Shown: positions 39,284-50,618, counted from the stretch's first letter. The stretch: DNA of 64,000 nucleotides from Nitrosopumilaceae archaeon (GCA_965208905.1 OZ242365.1:1728001-1792000), one strand, 5' to 3'. Notes: a model not told the origin generated them from the sequence alone. Translations and numbers: made by a program.

Positions 39284-39643
39284 ATGGATGCAGCGCGGAC
39301 CATGTGCGATATAGCGGACGGATTCAGGGCAGCAGGTAAGGATTATCAGGAGCGTGTGGATAAGGCCTTTGAGATATGCGCCGACTCGGCAGATGCATAT
39401 TGGTTGGCCACCGGCAGGCTAGAGCAGCTCGGGTTTATTCCTGATATGACAATTAAATTTTCCGAGAAGGCGTACGAGTTGGCGAATACCGTTGACACTG
39501 CGTATGAAGTTGGCATGACGTATTTCAAACTAAAACGGTACAAGGATGCCAAAGAGTGGCTCAAAAAGGCTGAAAAGCACGACCCTAGCGACACGGATGT
39601 GAAGATTGCGTTGGAGAGTGTGGAAAATTATACCAGTACATAA
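39284..39643 (+). CDS. TPR-containing protein, possibly 5'-truncated by IS3
   Basis: AYEVGMTYFKLKRYKDAKEWLKKAEKHDP. Confidence 0.65.
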   Translation: MDAARTMCDIADGFRAAGKDYQERVDKAFEICADSADAYWLATGRLEQLGFIPDMTIKFSEKAYELANTVDTAYEVGMTYFKLKRYKDAKEWLKKAEKHDPSDTDVKIALESVENYTST

Positions 39644-39880
39644 TATTAACTCCTCACTGATGTCCGCATACTACAGTTGATGGGCGGATCCGGTCATACA
39701 TTACACGCGACCTAATTTCAGTTCTGCACACCTAGACTCCGGGTCAGCACTTTCCCTAGGTCAGCATTTCTTCCCAGCCCCTGCGCAAGTTAACGATAAA
39801 CCTCGTTAATTCTCCACCCGTTTTTGCTGGAAGAACCCGATGTGTAGGGAGTATCATCATACTGCCGAAGTCAATTGCAC

Positions 39881-41431
39881 TCAAGAGATACCTATCGACA
39901 CGCCATTCTCCTGCATCCTACGGAGTGTATGCGACACGGCAAGGTCGGCTAGCATACGCTTGTTGGCGCACAACACCAACTCGATAATCTGAACTCCTGA
40001 TTCCGTGGGATTCCCATCGGATGATGCACGATCGAACACCCCATAGGGATCCTCCACCAAACCACCGGCGGCCTCGCATGTGCGCAACATCAACTGCTCC
40101 CACGTATCTTGGTCAACAGACTCGGCCAACCCCCAAACGCCAAAGCCGTACAGTGCCTCCGGCTCCGGTGATGAGTCTAATACAGATTCCCAGAATTGCA
40201 CGGCGCGTTTCACAAATTCCCCCATACCGTCCTGCATAATGAGCCATCCACATTCGTGGCCGGCAATTGATACGGCATCGGGCCCCATACTAATCAAAGC
40301 CCTTACCGAGCCGTCTATCTCGTAGCCGCGCGAACCATGCAACATATGGTTGATAAAATCGTTCATGAGGTCGTTTCCTTCCGCCCGGCTTCCCGTTTCA
40401 GATTCCAATTTCCTCACTGTCCGCATCTCTTCACCCAGCGCCTCCAGTACAAGCGCATGGTACTTCTCCATAGTCGGCCTGTCCAAGGAGGTGATATGTG
40501 AGTAGACGCGCATCAAAACCACGTTCATGCCGTCTGGAGAATCTTCCCCAAAGAGTAGTGATTCGTTTTCTTTGTACCAATCCGGTAGTGCCCAGCGTAA
40601 AACATTCAACGCGCAACCAAGCACAATTCGGTGTTCCCTTCCTTCCTGCCCGCCAAGCCTTGCAACGGCGGTTAGCGTTTCTAGCACCTCCGGTGGCGTC
40701 CCGTTACGCAACCTTGTCACCACATATGTGAGACAGAAAAACGCCTGAAGGTGCAGCCTGTTGTCAATCTCGTCGTGACTCAACTTGTAGCACTCATAAT
40801 CTTCATATTGACCAGGCATAATAGCCTGCAATATGCGGCCTATGTCTTTCAGCACGCCTGCGCCAAACTCAACCTTCTCATTCCTCAATAGATTCTCAAG
40901 CGTATGCATAATATCTGAAACCGCTTCACGCCAACCAGATTCATCGTCTGCTCTCTCAGTACGGGACGCTACATACTGTTTCACGACATGAAGTATTATT
41001 GGCGCCAGGCTCTCCGTCTTCACACCGTTGGCACTCCACAACCCTCTAAAGTACGCGCTCGCGTATGCCGGGTAGTATAACGCCCCTATTACGTGGTCGG
41101 GGTCGGCAGTCCACTTTTCGGTGTTGTTTTGTACGGCCTCCCTCAACTCATCAGATGTTCCAGAGAATGGCGTGTGTGCATGGTTCGGCTTTTGTGAATG
41201 GCGCGACTTCACAGATTTTACATATGTGGGTTTACACCCAAGGATGCTACACAGTTCTTTGGCTGCGTCCAGGCGGCCTTTGCCGCCATAATATATCGAA
41301 CATTGTTCTACGCCCAATAACACAACGCATCTTTCGTCCACCCCGCAATACCACCAATCATCTCCCGGCTCCATCATACTAGGTCGGGTGCCAATACGGG
41401 TGATCGTCCAAATAATACTCCCAAAATGCAT
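39881..41431 (-). CDS. Hypothetical alpha-helical protein
   Basis: 516-aa ORF; no catalytic motif recognised. Confidence 0.6.
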   Translation of the reverse strand: MHFGSIIWTITRIGTRPSMMEPGDDWWYCGVDERCVVLLGVEQCSIYYGGKGRLDAAKELCSILGCKPTYVKSVKSRHSQKPNHAHTPFSGTSDELREAVQNNTEKWTADPDHVIGALYYPAYASAYFRGLWSANGVKTESLAPIILHVVKQYVASRTERADDESGWREAVSDIMHTLENLLRNEKVEFGAGVLKDIGRILQAIMPGQYEDYECYKLSHDEIDNRLHLQAFFCLTYVVTRLRNGTPPEVLETLTAVARLGGQEGREHRIVLGCALNVLRWALPDWYKENESLLFGEDSPDGMNVVLMRVYSHITSLDRPTMEKYHALVLEALGEEMRTVRKLESETGSRAEGNDLMNDFINHMLHGSRGYEIDGSVRALISMGPDAVSIAGHECGWLIMQDGMGEFVKRAVQFWESVLDSSPEPEALYGFGVWGLAESVDQDTWEQLMLRTCEAAGGLVEDPYGVFDRASSDGNPTESGVQIIELVLCANKRMLADLAVSHTLRRMQENGVSIGIS

Positions 41432-41573
41432 AAAAGTACATCAAGTATATGGTAATTGACCTGAACCAGAATGCATTACCTCAGTATCGTCAGGATGTGT
41501 TATCCATCCTTTACACATGAGAGTTTATCCCGCCCAACTGAAATAATAAATATCAGAGATGCCTATACGTATT

Positions 41574-41690
41574 ATGGCAATCACGCAAGAGGATTACAAT
41601 CGCATACAGGCAGATATTAATGAGTTGAATGCGCGTTTAGATGACATACGTGAAGGCCTCGCCGAGGTCAGAAAACTACTACATGCCTAA
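41574..41690 (+). CDS. 38-aa coiled-coil micro-protein (MAITQEDYNRIQAD...)
   Basis: Diverged, same-length homologue of 2256-2372. Confidence 0.65.
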   Translation: MAITQEDYNRIQADINELNARLDDIREGLAEVRKLLHA

Positions 41691-41909
41691 TAGAGAATCA
41701 ATATTCTCTTTGATGTTAATCACCAGTTTACGCGCTGACTTTAATTCCTCTCCCTTCTCCCTTAGAATAAAGTCCGCTGCGATAAATTCACCAAACTTCT
41801 CAGCCTTTACATCCTCCAATTCTTCACACTCTGCCTCCAAGTTGCGAACCTCTTCCTGCGCACTCCTAAGCTGTTCAAACAATTCCTCGACCATTTCACG
41901 ATCTCCCAT
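41679..41909 (-). CDS. 76-aa acidic coiled-coil protein
   Basis: Diverged paralogue of 2358-2588 (EKFGEFIAA vs EKLGEFIAA). Confidence 0.7.
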   Translation of the reverse strand: MGDREMVEELFEQLRSAQEEVRNLEAECEELEDVKAEKFGEFIAADFILREKGEELKSARKLVINIKENIDSLLGM

Positions 41910-42083
41910 GATGTTATGTTGTGTTTGAGGCGTTTATGTGTTACAGGACACCATATGACGTGTATCCTGTACAGTGGAAATAGTCTGCGGGCGGAAACGA
42001 TGGTTTGTAGTGGAAACATAGGCAGGTCACAGATTTTCCAATTTTAGGGAATTATATACTTAAAATCAATCTTTATATAACCA

Positions 42084-43043
42084 GTGATTCTAAGGTGTAT
42101 AATGCAACAAGCACCAGGTAAAAGCCACCGTGAAGGAATAACACTAGTGAAACTGTTCAAGATGTTTCCCGATGATGAAACGGCTGAAAAATGGTTTGAG
42201 TCAAACATATGGGGTGATGAGCCATGCTGTCCGTATTGTGGCAATACAAATGTAACAAAGACTGTAAACCAATCACAGCCGTATTACTGTGCAGGTCGTG
42301 GGAATTGCCACAAGCGGTTCTCTGTCAAAGTCGGCACCATAATGGAGCATTCCCATATCACATACCAACAGTGGGCAATCGCAACATACCAGTTCATGAC
42401 TAATGTGAAAGGCATTAGTTCAATGAAGTTACATAGGGATTTAGGCATTACCCAAAAGTCCGCATGGTTCATGGTTCAACGGTTAAGAGAATCATGGAAG
42501 ACATTAGCAAGTGTAAACAAGATGGAAGGTCCAGTCGAGATTGACGAGGCTTATTTCGGTGGCAAGGAAGGTAACAAACACGCAGACAAGAAAAGACCAC
42601 ATAGTCAAGGTGGAGCCGGCAAGGTTGCCGTTGTGGGAATAAAAGACCGCAAGACAGGTACAGTAAGAGCTCAACCCGTACCAGAGACTACCACAGCCCG
42701 TCTTGGTGAATTTATTAAACAAAACACCGAGACGGGCGCTACCCATTATACAGATGAGCATAAAGCATACAAGAGTTTACCAAACCATCATGTAGTTAAT
42801 CATTCCGTTAGTCAATATGTCAACGGCATGGCACACACAAATGGCATAGAATCCTTTTGGGCTTTACTAAAGCGTGGTTACTATGGAACATTTCATCATA
42901 TTTCGGCAAAACACCTACACAGGTATGTCAATGAGTTTGCAGGTCGCTTGAATATACGCAACATGGATACAATAGACATGATGGTAAGCATGGTTCAAGG
43001 CATGGTTGGCAAACGACTTACGTATGACGTACTCATTTCATAG
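42084..43043 (+). CDS. IS1595-family DDE transposase
   Basis: CPYCG zinc ribbon, KGISSMKLHRDLG, VEIDEAYFGG, YTDE, HTNGIESFW, YVNEF. Confidence 0.93.
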   Translation: MILRCIMQQAPGKSHREGITLVKLFKMFPDDETAEKWFESNIWGDEPCCPYCGNTNVTKTVNQSQPYYCAGRGNCHKRFSVKVGTIMEHSHITYQQWAIATYQFMTNVKGISSMKLHRDLGITQKSAWFMVQRLRESWKTLASVNKMEGPVEIDEAYFGGKEGNKHADKKRPHSQGGAGKVAVVGIKDRKTGTVRAQPVPETTTARLGEFIKQNTETGATHYTDEHKAYKSLPNHHVVNHSVSQYVNGMAHTNGIESFWALLKRGYYGTFHHISAKHLHRYVNEFAGRLNIRNMDTIDMMVSMVQGMVGKRLTYDVLIS

Positions 43044-44491
43044 TAGCAGGTATCGCACGTGGCTTCAATATAGAGAGATCTGGTTTGATACCTTTTGATT
43101 TTAGTGTGGCGATTAAGTATGCCAAATCCCTATTTCCTTTTGTACTGTTACATGCTCCACATAATAACATCAGATTATCAATATGGTCAGTGCCACCTTT
43201 GCTTTGCGGTATGATGTGGTCTATTGTAAAATTCCTAAACGGAAAGTGTACATTACATAGACAACGGCCTTCTTGCCTACCGTATAGTTCATGTTTGCGT
43301 GTGCGGTAATTTGGTATTGCGCCTTGGTCAGTACGTTTAGGTGCCTTATCGCGGTTGGTGATCTCATAATGCCTTAACCCCATAGTGCGTTGAGTTCGCA
43401 TGGCGACAAGTTCAACGGCCTTGTGCGATAGATCAATACCGACCCATTGACGGTTTAGTTTTTCGGCAGCCACACATGCCGTTGCGCACCCACAAAACGG
43501 ATCAAACACAATATCACCCTCATTGCTTGAGGCTTTTATAATGCGTTCTAGTAATGCTAATGGTTTTTGGGTTGGATAGCCTAATGCTTCTCCACTACTT
43601 GAAATTCTCGGTATATCATTCCAAAAATCATCTATAGGAACACCAACGTAATCTTCTGCATACTTACGGCGCTCTAACTTATTATTCTCATGTATTACCA
43701 CATTTCCCTTATCGTATTCTTCTTCCAATCGTTTTTTGCTCAATCGCCATCCACTAGGATGTGGGTTAGTAAATCCTCGCCATGTATAACATAGGTTAGG
43801 ACGATCACCCATTGATTTGGAACAAAATATCGGTATACCAGTCTTATATCGTCTCCCATCAACATCCACTTTAGGAAATTGTTCTCTCATTTGCTCTGAC
43901 GTAAGTTGCTGATATGGTCGCAATGTGGTTGTAGCAGTCTTAACATAGAATAACAGAATGTCAGTATTGCGGCCCCACTGTTTTGGTTTATGTTGAGAAC
44001 CTTTTCCTCTTTTATCATTGCGTTGCCAATGTACTTCATTACGAAAATTGTCTTTTCCAAATATTGCATCCATGACCAGTTTGAGGTAGTGACTGGCAGT
44101 TGGATCGCAATGTAAGTATATAGACCCCCCCCCCCCCGCGCAGGATCCGCCTCATCTCGATAAGGCGAATTCCCATCATGATAAGATATGACATCATGGA
44201 TTTGCCATGCGTATTACGAGTCGCATCAATAACAGCATGCAATGCGGGTTCACTGTCAGCCAAGTAGCCATGCCATGCAACATCCACATCACTCAATGAC
44301 CATGTATCCTTGAAAGCGGCCCCGGCCGCCTTAGAACCTATTGGTGCTTCATATGAGCGATTGGAATTGAATGGCGGATCTAAATATATCAAATCGACTG
44401 ATTCAGAGTTCATGCCCCGCATTATATCCAAGTTATCACCTGTCCACATGGTACGGTTTGACCAGTTAGGATCGTTCATACTATACATCAT
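43033..44491 (-). pseudogene. N4/N6 DNA methyltransferase fused to HNH nuclease, frameshifted at a G13 tract
   Basis: DLIYLDPPFNS; frameshift; YPTQKP, DPFCGCAT; C-terminal DHIIPQSKGG...NLMLLCGACN. Confidence 0.85.
44125..44137 (-). repeat. G13 homopolymer (C13 on +) within the methyltransferase
   Basis: G12 restores RILR-GGGG-SIYLHCDPTASHYLKLVMDAIFG. Confidence 0.85.
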
Positions 44492-44837
44492 ACATTATCG
44501 GTATATTTGACTACTGCCCAACAGTTTAAACCATGTGATCAAACTTTCTTAACCATACGTCACGTTTATAAAATAAGGATATGAAAGCAATTTCAAGGGC
44601 TCAAATCAACGCTCTTTTCGTCATTGGGGTCACTCCCTTTGGCTTTTGTAGTTTTATCATTGCCTGTCTTGTTGCTTTCATAACATACCTAGGAAATATG
44701 GATTATATAAAGATTGATTTTAAGTATATAATTCCCCAATTTTATGTTACAAATTTCCCAACCGTATAGTAGGTCACTATTTCTTCCCAATTCCCCCCAG
44801 ACGCAACGCTTTTCCAGATAGCTAGGATAACTCACTT

Positions 44838-45326
44838 GTGGAGATAGTCCTGATGGTCGGAATCGCAGGTAGTGGGAAGACCACCTACGCCACTGATATG
44901 TTCCCAGACCATGTCCAAGTGTCCATGGACAGATACCGGAAGGACAAGTCATGGGCAGTGAAAAGACGCGGGTTGATACGTAGGTACGACTGTGAGCGTC
45001 CACTAGGCTCAATCTTAATCGATAGTGGCAACAAGAAGGCAGAGTGTGTCTTGGTAAACGATGCTCTCAAAGAAGGTAGAGATGTGATTGTTGATGACAC
45101 AAACCTGACCAAAAAGATACGCCGACCCTATGTGATGCTGGCGCAGAAACACAGAGCTGTCATCAGAGTGGTATACTTCAGGAACATCCGACAGGCATAC
45201 GCCAGAAACGCGAGGAGAGTGAAAGGCGAAGATGTGGTGCCAAAGAAAGCTATCGACAAACAGCGTGACGAGTTGGAGCCCCCATCCGAGAACGAAGGTT
45301 TTGATACCATTTTGTTCGGGAGTTGA
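44838..45326 (+). CDS. P-loop kinase (AAA_33/polynucleotide-kinase-like)
   Basis: MVGIAGSGKTT, VIVDDTN, RNARR, PPSENEGFD. Confidence 0.85.
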   Translation: MEIVLMVGIAGSGKTTYATDMFPDHVQVSMDRYRKDKSWAVKRRGLIRRYDCERPLGSILIDSGNKKAECVLVNDALKEGRDVIVDDTNLTKKIRRPYVMLAQKHRAVIRVVYFRNIRQAYARNARRVKGEDVVPKKAIDKQRDELEPPSENEGFDTILFGS

Positions 45327-45731
45327 AGATACCGGTTTGTGGGTGAACTGACATCTAAACCACGATTATTTGCTAGATGATAGCTGGTTTTGGTTGTATG
45401 TTAATCTCCGCAACCTTGCTGGCGCATGGGCTGTATAATAATCGGCACTTGAGACGCTTCTGGTACGAAATGCTGACCTAGAAAAAGTTGAAAAAGATAT
45501 GACCTAAAATTGGAAAGTTTGCGACCCGACCTCTGTTTCCACTCGACCTCTATTTCCACCCCACACATTTGATGTACGCAAGACCTACGTTTCCGCTCTG
45601 GGTCACTTTTTTGACAGTTCCGTATAGGTCACCATGTCTTGACAGCACCGTAGCGAACGGGCCGATTTCGCCGCTCACGGGTGCGGTCTCAGTGTCTAAA
45701 ATTTTAATATCGTCCATCTGTTATAATAGGC

Positions 45732-46895
45732 GTGACCTCATTGGGACAACCGGTATTGCTATGTCTGGCAGTGACCGTTACGGCATCCTTGGCTGTGCCG
45801 AGCATCACGGTAGGAGCCGAAGAGAACTTGGCCGCTTACGCCACCGCGCCTTTAGTCCCCCCATCGTCCGGCTTCGCCAACAGCGTCGCCATCACGGAAA
45901 TATCTGGCGGGACGTACGCGGTGGTTGCCAACCTGCGTGCCAACCTGGACATCATTGGCGACGGCAACTGGACCGCCGCCATGCGCGTCGGCGTAAGCAT
46001 CATCAACGTTACGTACCCGGCCGCCCCCACCACGGTCACCGGCACAACCTACGATGCCGACGGCTTTACGCATCTGATTGGAGGGGCCAGCATCGCTGTC
46101 TCGCAGATATCCGGCGGGACGTACGCGGTGGTTGTCAGCGCGGATGACACCGGCATCCAGATAATCAACATCACCGACCCGTCAGCCCCCGCCATTGTCA
46201 ACGGCACCTTCGAAATAACCAACGGGTTCACCCATTTGTACGGAGCGGTAGGTGTCGAGATAGTAGAGATTGCAGAGAGAACGTACGCAGTCGTCGCCGG
46301 TGAGCAAGACAGCGGTCTGCAGATAGTCGACATTACCGACCCGGCCTCTCCGATATCGACCGCCGCCGTAACCGACGGCGTTGATGGATTCACCGCACTG
46401 AGCGGGGCATTTGAAGTAAGCGTCTGGAGTATATCTAACAGGACCTATGCGGCGGTTGCCAGCGTGTACGACAGTGGCCTACAGATAGTCGACATCACCG
46501 ACCCGGCCAATCCTTTCCCAGTCGTGGACATAACTGGCATCACCGACCCGGTCTCCGGCGGATACACCGCGCTGCGCTGGATGTTTGACGTGACCGTCTT
46601 TGAGACATCCGGCAGGACGTACGCGGTGGCTGCCAGCATACGCGACAATAGCCTACAGATATTTGACATCACCGACCCGTCAGATCCCGCGCCAGTCATC
46701 GGCATTACTGATGATCTGGACGAGTTTGCTGGATTGACCGTCACAGGTATAGAAATAGCTGAAATAGACAGCAGAACCTACGTGGTAATCGCCAGCGCAG
46801 ATTATGGGAGTGTACAGATAATAGACATCACCGACCCGGCCAACCCATTTCCACTACCGTCCCCGCATTCAACCACCCGTCCTGATTCCGGCTGA
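45732..46895 (+). CDS. Secreted LVIVD-repeat beta-propeller protein
   Basis: Repeated RTYAVVA...GLQIVDITDPANP. Confidence 0.85.
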   Translation: MTSLGQPVLLCLAVTVTASLAVPSITVGAEENLAAYATAPLVPPSSGFANSVAITEISGGTYAVVANLRANLDIIGDGNWTAAMRVGVSIINVTYPAAPTTVTGTTYDADGFTHLIGGASIAVSQISGGTYAVVVSADDTGIQIINITDPSAPAIVNGTFEITNGFTHLYGAVGVEIVEIAERTYAVVAGEQDSGLQIVDITDPASPISTAAVTDGVDGFTALSGAFEVSVWSISNRTYAAVASVYDSGLQIVDITDPANPFPVVDITGITDPVSGGYTALRWMFDVTVFETSGRTYAVAASIRDNSLQIFDITDPSDPAPVIGITDDLDEFAGLTVTGIEIAEIDSRTYVVIASADYGSVQIIDITDPANPFPLPSPHSTTRPDSG

Positions 46896-47180
46896 AGCGT
46901 CGGCACCTGGATGCCGAACCATGCGCCTTTCAGGCCAAATATGGCGTGTGTAGAATCTGCAAACATGGACGAATTACAGTGCATGTTGTTGATATACGGG
47001 TTAGGCGGAGCGGCTCCGTACCTCCTTGAAGGCGCACCCCACCAAGCGCCTGCGGGTTCTGGAGGCCGAGGTTGCCCAGGTCAGGGACAAGCCGCGGACC
47101 TTGCGGGATGCTACCGTTTTACCGTATATTCGTGGTTCCAAAACAGTAGGGTGCGGCACCTCCTACCGGTTGCGTTGTTC

Positions 47181-47622
47181 CAGTACAACAACTGGAAAGT
47201 CTATAAAATAAGTCTGAGAAATACAAGTAGTACTATACTGCGGCCATCAGACGAAAAGAAGGACTATCAATACGGGAGATAGCCGATGATGTCAATGTGA
47301 GTGTTAGTGCTGTATCGATGTGGTTGCAAAGCATGATGACGCGCGGCATCGGGAGGATTATGAGGTCAAACGGGGCAGACCACCAAAGCTTACACCCGAA
47401 CAACTAGAGGAATTAAGTGTAGACATGAGAGAGCCCCCTGTACGGTATGGTCTGGATTCGATTGCCTGGGTATCACGTACGGTTGCGCAGTATGTATTAC
47501 AAAAGTTTGGTATTTCAATCACACCTGGTTCGATGCGCCGTATTCTGGTGCGCAAAAACATAGAGTGGCCCGGCTCAGCAAAAGCCATTGGGGGCGCGGG
47601 GAACTTTCCCCGAATCAAATAA
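47181..47622 (+). pseudogene. Degraded copy of the 790-1290 HTH gene
   Basis: Nucleotide similarity with frameshifts. Confidence 0.75.
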
Positions 47623-47635
47623 AAAAGAAAGATGA

Positions 47636-48242
47636 TTAGCGTTGTGTGACGCGTGTAGAGCGTGGGTCTGATATGGTGCTTGTGCTGCCGTCGGTGCCCG
47701 TGACGGTGATGTATAGTTCGGACGAGGCCGGAACTGTCCGCAGTATGTCAAGGACGTCGGCGTGGCCTCCGGTTGAGATGCCGGTGACGACAATCCGGAA
47801 CGACTTTGAGGAGCCGGCCGTCAGTGATACCAAATCATCCTCATCGGTGCTGAATCCGGTAACCAACACAGTCGCAGTGACAGTAGCAGGATCGGCTCCA
47901 TCGGCTGCAGTAGCAGCATCGACGATATTGAACGCGTTGTCGGCGGCGTTTACGGCAACACCACTACTAACAGCGGTGTTTGCAGTACCGCCATTATCTA
48001 CTGCATCATCCACACCTGTTACTGAGCCACCGACGTCATCCAGTCCGGACAGAGTAAGCGTGCCGTGCCCGTCTGCAATCTGCCCGTCCTCTGTGCTGGC
48101 GAGCTAGGTGATGACCAGATCGCTGACCGCAATCTCATCTATCGTAACAGACTTCATTATACCACTGCCTAGATTCTTTATGTTGCCTGATATCACCAGA
48201 CGGTTATCATCAGTATATGCGCTTACAGTCTCAATGACCAGC
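47636..48242 (-). pseudogene. Pilin copy 2, 3' part (internal TAG at 48104-48106; different central region)
   Basis: Same C-terminus as 1291-2094. Confidence 0.8.
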
Positions 48243-48397
48243 TTTTCGGCAGCCTCCTTCTCCATGCTTGTGATGTTGGAGATCTCAATGGGTCCCCGCA
48301 CTACCAAATCCATGATGTTGTGTATGCCTGCATCAGCCAGTTTGCGTTCAGTTACCGGTCCGACACCCTCCAGACTGTCAAGTTGTATGTCTTCCAT
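48243..48397 (-). pseudogene. radA: RadA N-terminal fragment fused in frame to pilin sequence
   Basis: MEDIQLDSLEGVGPVTERKLADAGIHNIMDLVVRGP helix-hairpin-helix. Confidence 0.8.
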
Positions 48398-48573
48398 TGG
48401 CAGTGTAAAGTGCCGTTCCATTTAAGGCGCCATATGTGTTGTGGTGAATGTCATAGGAACTGGTCAGAGATACTGACCTGTGTATGACTGGGACAGTTCC
48501 GGCCAAGTCCCCATTTCTTGACACATTCAACAGGATAATTCCCTTAAATATGATGATACAACGCTTTTTGTAT

Positions 48574-48909
48574 ATGCAGAAGATGCAAATCATGAAGAGG
48601 AAGAAACAGCCATGGGGTGAAGAAGGTTCACTGATTGAGTTCAACGACTCCATATACAAGGCAGTAAGCCCAAGACGTTCAAACCCGAAATACGGTTCCG
48701 GGTGTTATTCTATGGATGTCGTCTACCTGCGCGAGTATGATGATCTCCCACGACGGGATCGTAAAACACTCCTAGATGGATTTGAGCTGAGTTGGCATGA
48801 GGATTGGGATACCAAACCAAGTGATGCTGATCTGCTAAATAGGGCCAAGAGGGTTTCCGAGCAATTCAACAGGAGGGGAACGCGCCTCAATGACGCTTCA
48901 CTAAAGTAG
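48574..48909 (+). CDS. Hypothetical protein
   Basis: ORF with CCCTTAAAT box at 48541. Confidence 0.45.
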   Translation: MQKMQIMKRKKQPWGEEGSLIEFNDSIYKAVSPRRSNPKYGSGCYSMDVVYLREYDDLPRRDRKTLLDGFELSWHEDWDTKPSDADLLNRAKRVSEQFNRRGTRLNDASLK

Positions 48910-49097
48910 GGGAACTGTCCCACCTATGGCGCGTGCCACAAAAACTACGTAGGGTGGAAATCTAGTGGGGCGGGCACATAGGTAGGCCACAAACTTTCCA
49001 ACTTCAGGTCAGACACTTTCCAACTTTTTCTATGTCGGTATTTCTGACCAGTTCCAAGTCATATGGCGCCTTATATTGTATCATACATCAGGAGTAC

Positions 49098-49430
49098 ATG
49101 AGTACAGTATCTGTTATACGGCAGGCCGTCATACAGGAGATAAACCGCATACCGTTTGATGGAATTGGAGGCAGTATAAGGATAGACGATGATTTTGAGC
49201 CAATCCAGTCAAACACCACACTGGATTGTACGTTTGTAGCTGGCGGCAATGTGACCATACTGCACACGCCGTACTGTCATTTGGAGATGAACCGATTGTT
49301 CGGCGCCACGTACAATGGAATGAGCCGTATACGGGAGTATCCGCGTGTGTCGTTCTATTCGCTTATACGGTATGAGCCCATCACACATGCAATATATCCA
49401 ATACGCCCTTGTGGGGGAACCTGCGCATAA
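49098..49430 (+). CDS. Hypothetical protein
   Basis: ORF with GGCGCCTTATA box upstream. Confidence 0.45.
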   Translation: MSTVSVIRQAVIQEINRIPFDGIGGSIRIDDDFEPIQSNTTLDCTFVAGGNVTILHTPYCHLEMNRLFGATYNGMSRIREYPRVSFYSLIRYEPITHAIYPIRPCGGTCA

Positions 49431-49624
49431 TCCTTTAGATTGGATTGAATTTTACGGTTTCGAACGACCCCTGAGGCCGGCGGCATGCAGACAATTGTAT
49501 AATCCCAAGAATTCCGATAATGCCGTACCGGTGAGATGTCAGTTGAAGACTGTTTGGTTATGTTTGTGGGACACAGCCACGAATACTGCCACACTTATAT
49601 CCCACCGGGACGTCCGTTAGACAC

Positions 49625-50236
49625 ATGCTCGCGGGACGTCCCTCGCTTGACAACCTAAAGATGGTCGCCGATGTGATAGTGAGTCCGGGTGACAGCTTTG
49701 CCACCATCCGGGACAACTACCACAACTACTATCTAGCCTCCATATGCGTGACGTTCGCGGCACTCGCCTCGGTAGTATTGTTTGTGGCACTCTTTTCCCG
49801 CGAACCATACCAACTGTGGCTGAATATAGCAGTCGGTTTTGTCGGAATTGTCATCCAGGCGGCGGTCTTCCATTGCGTAAGCCGACTGTTTGGCGGTTCC
49901 AAGAATGCGATGCAGGCCTTTACGGTGTATTTCTACGCGAACTCTGTCATATTCGGCATGTTGGCGATTGTTGGGATTGACATGTTGATGCGATTCACGT
50001 TGTTGGGTTTTTCTATGTCGTTTAGTAGCCTGTTGCTCACCACAATCTTCGCGGTATGGTGGGCGATAGTTTCAGTCAAGGCACTCAAGGCGGTAAACGG
50101 ATTCGGTACGGGAGAGGCGCTGGGCGCTTGGCTGCTTGGGCTGATCGTGTTAGCTGTGGCTAGTAGTGGTGCGATAATAACAGGCATCACCACGCAACTC
50201 GACATATCGTGGATATCGGCTCCCTTTTGGGTTTGA
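49625..50236 (+). CDS. Yip1-domain membrane protein
   Basis: VIVSPGDSFATI, LFGG, five TM segments. Confidence 0.75.
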   Translation: MLAGRPSLDNLKMVADVIVSPGDSFATIRDNYHNYYLASICVTFAALASVVLFVALFSREPYQLWLNIAVGFVGIVIQAAVFHCVSRLFGGSKNAMQAFTVYFYANSVIFGMLAIVGIDMLMRFTLLGFSMSFSSLLLTTIFAVWWAIVSVKALKAVNGFGTGEALGAWLLGLIVLAVASSGAIITGITTQLDISWISAPFWV

Positions 50237-50501
50237 TGTTGTGACATCATATGAACTTGCCTCCCATGGCAGCGAACGTCATGGATGCACCAATACCGAT
50301 TAGAATCAGTGTTACTATCAGGCCTGATATGGCCGGGCGTCGCAGGTGTTGTTGATTGGCGCCGGCAGAGCCGCGCCAATGTTCTTGTATTTCTGTCATT
50401 GCTACCTAGCATATATGGGGGGCGTTAAAGGGTTACAGCGGTGGGGCGGGTCCCAGCGGCGTGATTATACAACATAAATAATAGTTCTGCGTAGTTATAT
50501 T

Positions 50502-50618
50502 ATGGGAATTACACAAGAAGACTACGACCGCATACAGGCGAAGTTTGACAAATTGTATGAACATGTAGATGCCGCGCGTGCACATATCGCCAGGGCCAAC
50601 GAACTACTCTCCAAGTAA
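50502..50618 (+). CDS. 38-aa coiled-coil micro-protein, copy 3
   Basis: Matches 2256-2372. Confidence 0.6.
   Translation: MGITQEDYDRIQAKFDKLYEHVDAARAHIARANELLSK

Larger units (their letters stand above)
42047..44736 (+). mobile_element. IS1595-family transposon with passenger methyltransferase-HNH gene
   Basis: 34-bp perfect TIR GGGAATTATATACTTAAAATCAATCTTTATATAA at 42047-42080 and 44703-44736; TSD CAATTTTA. Confidence 0.93.
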
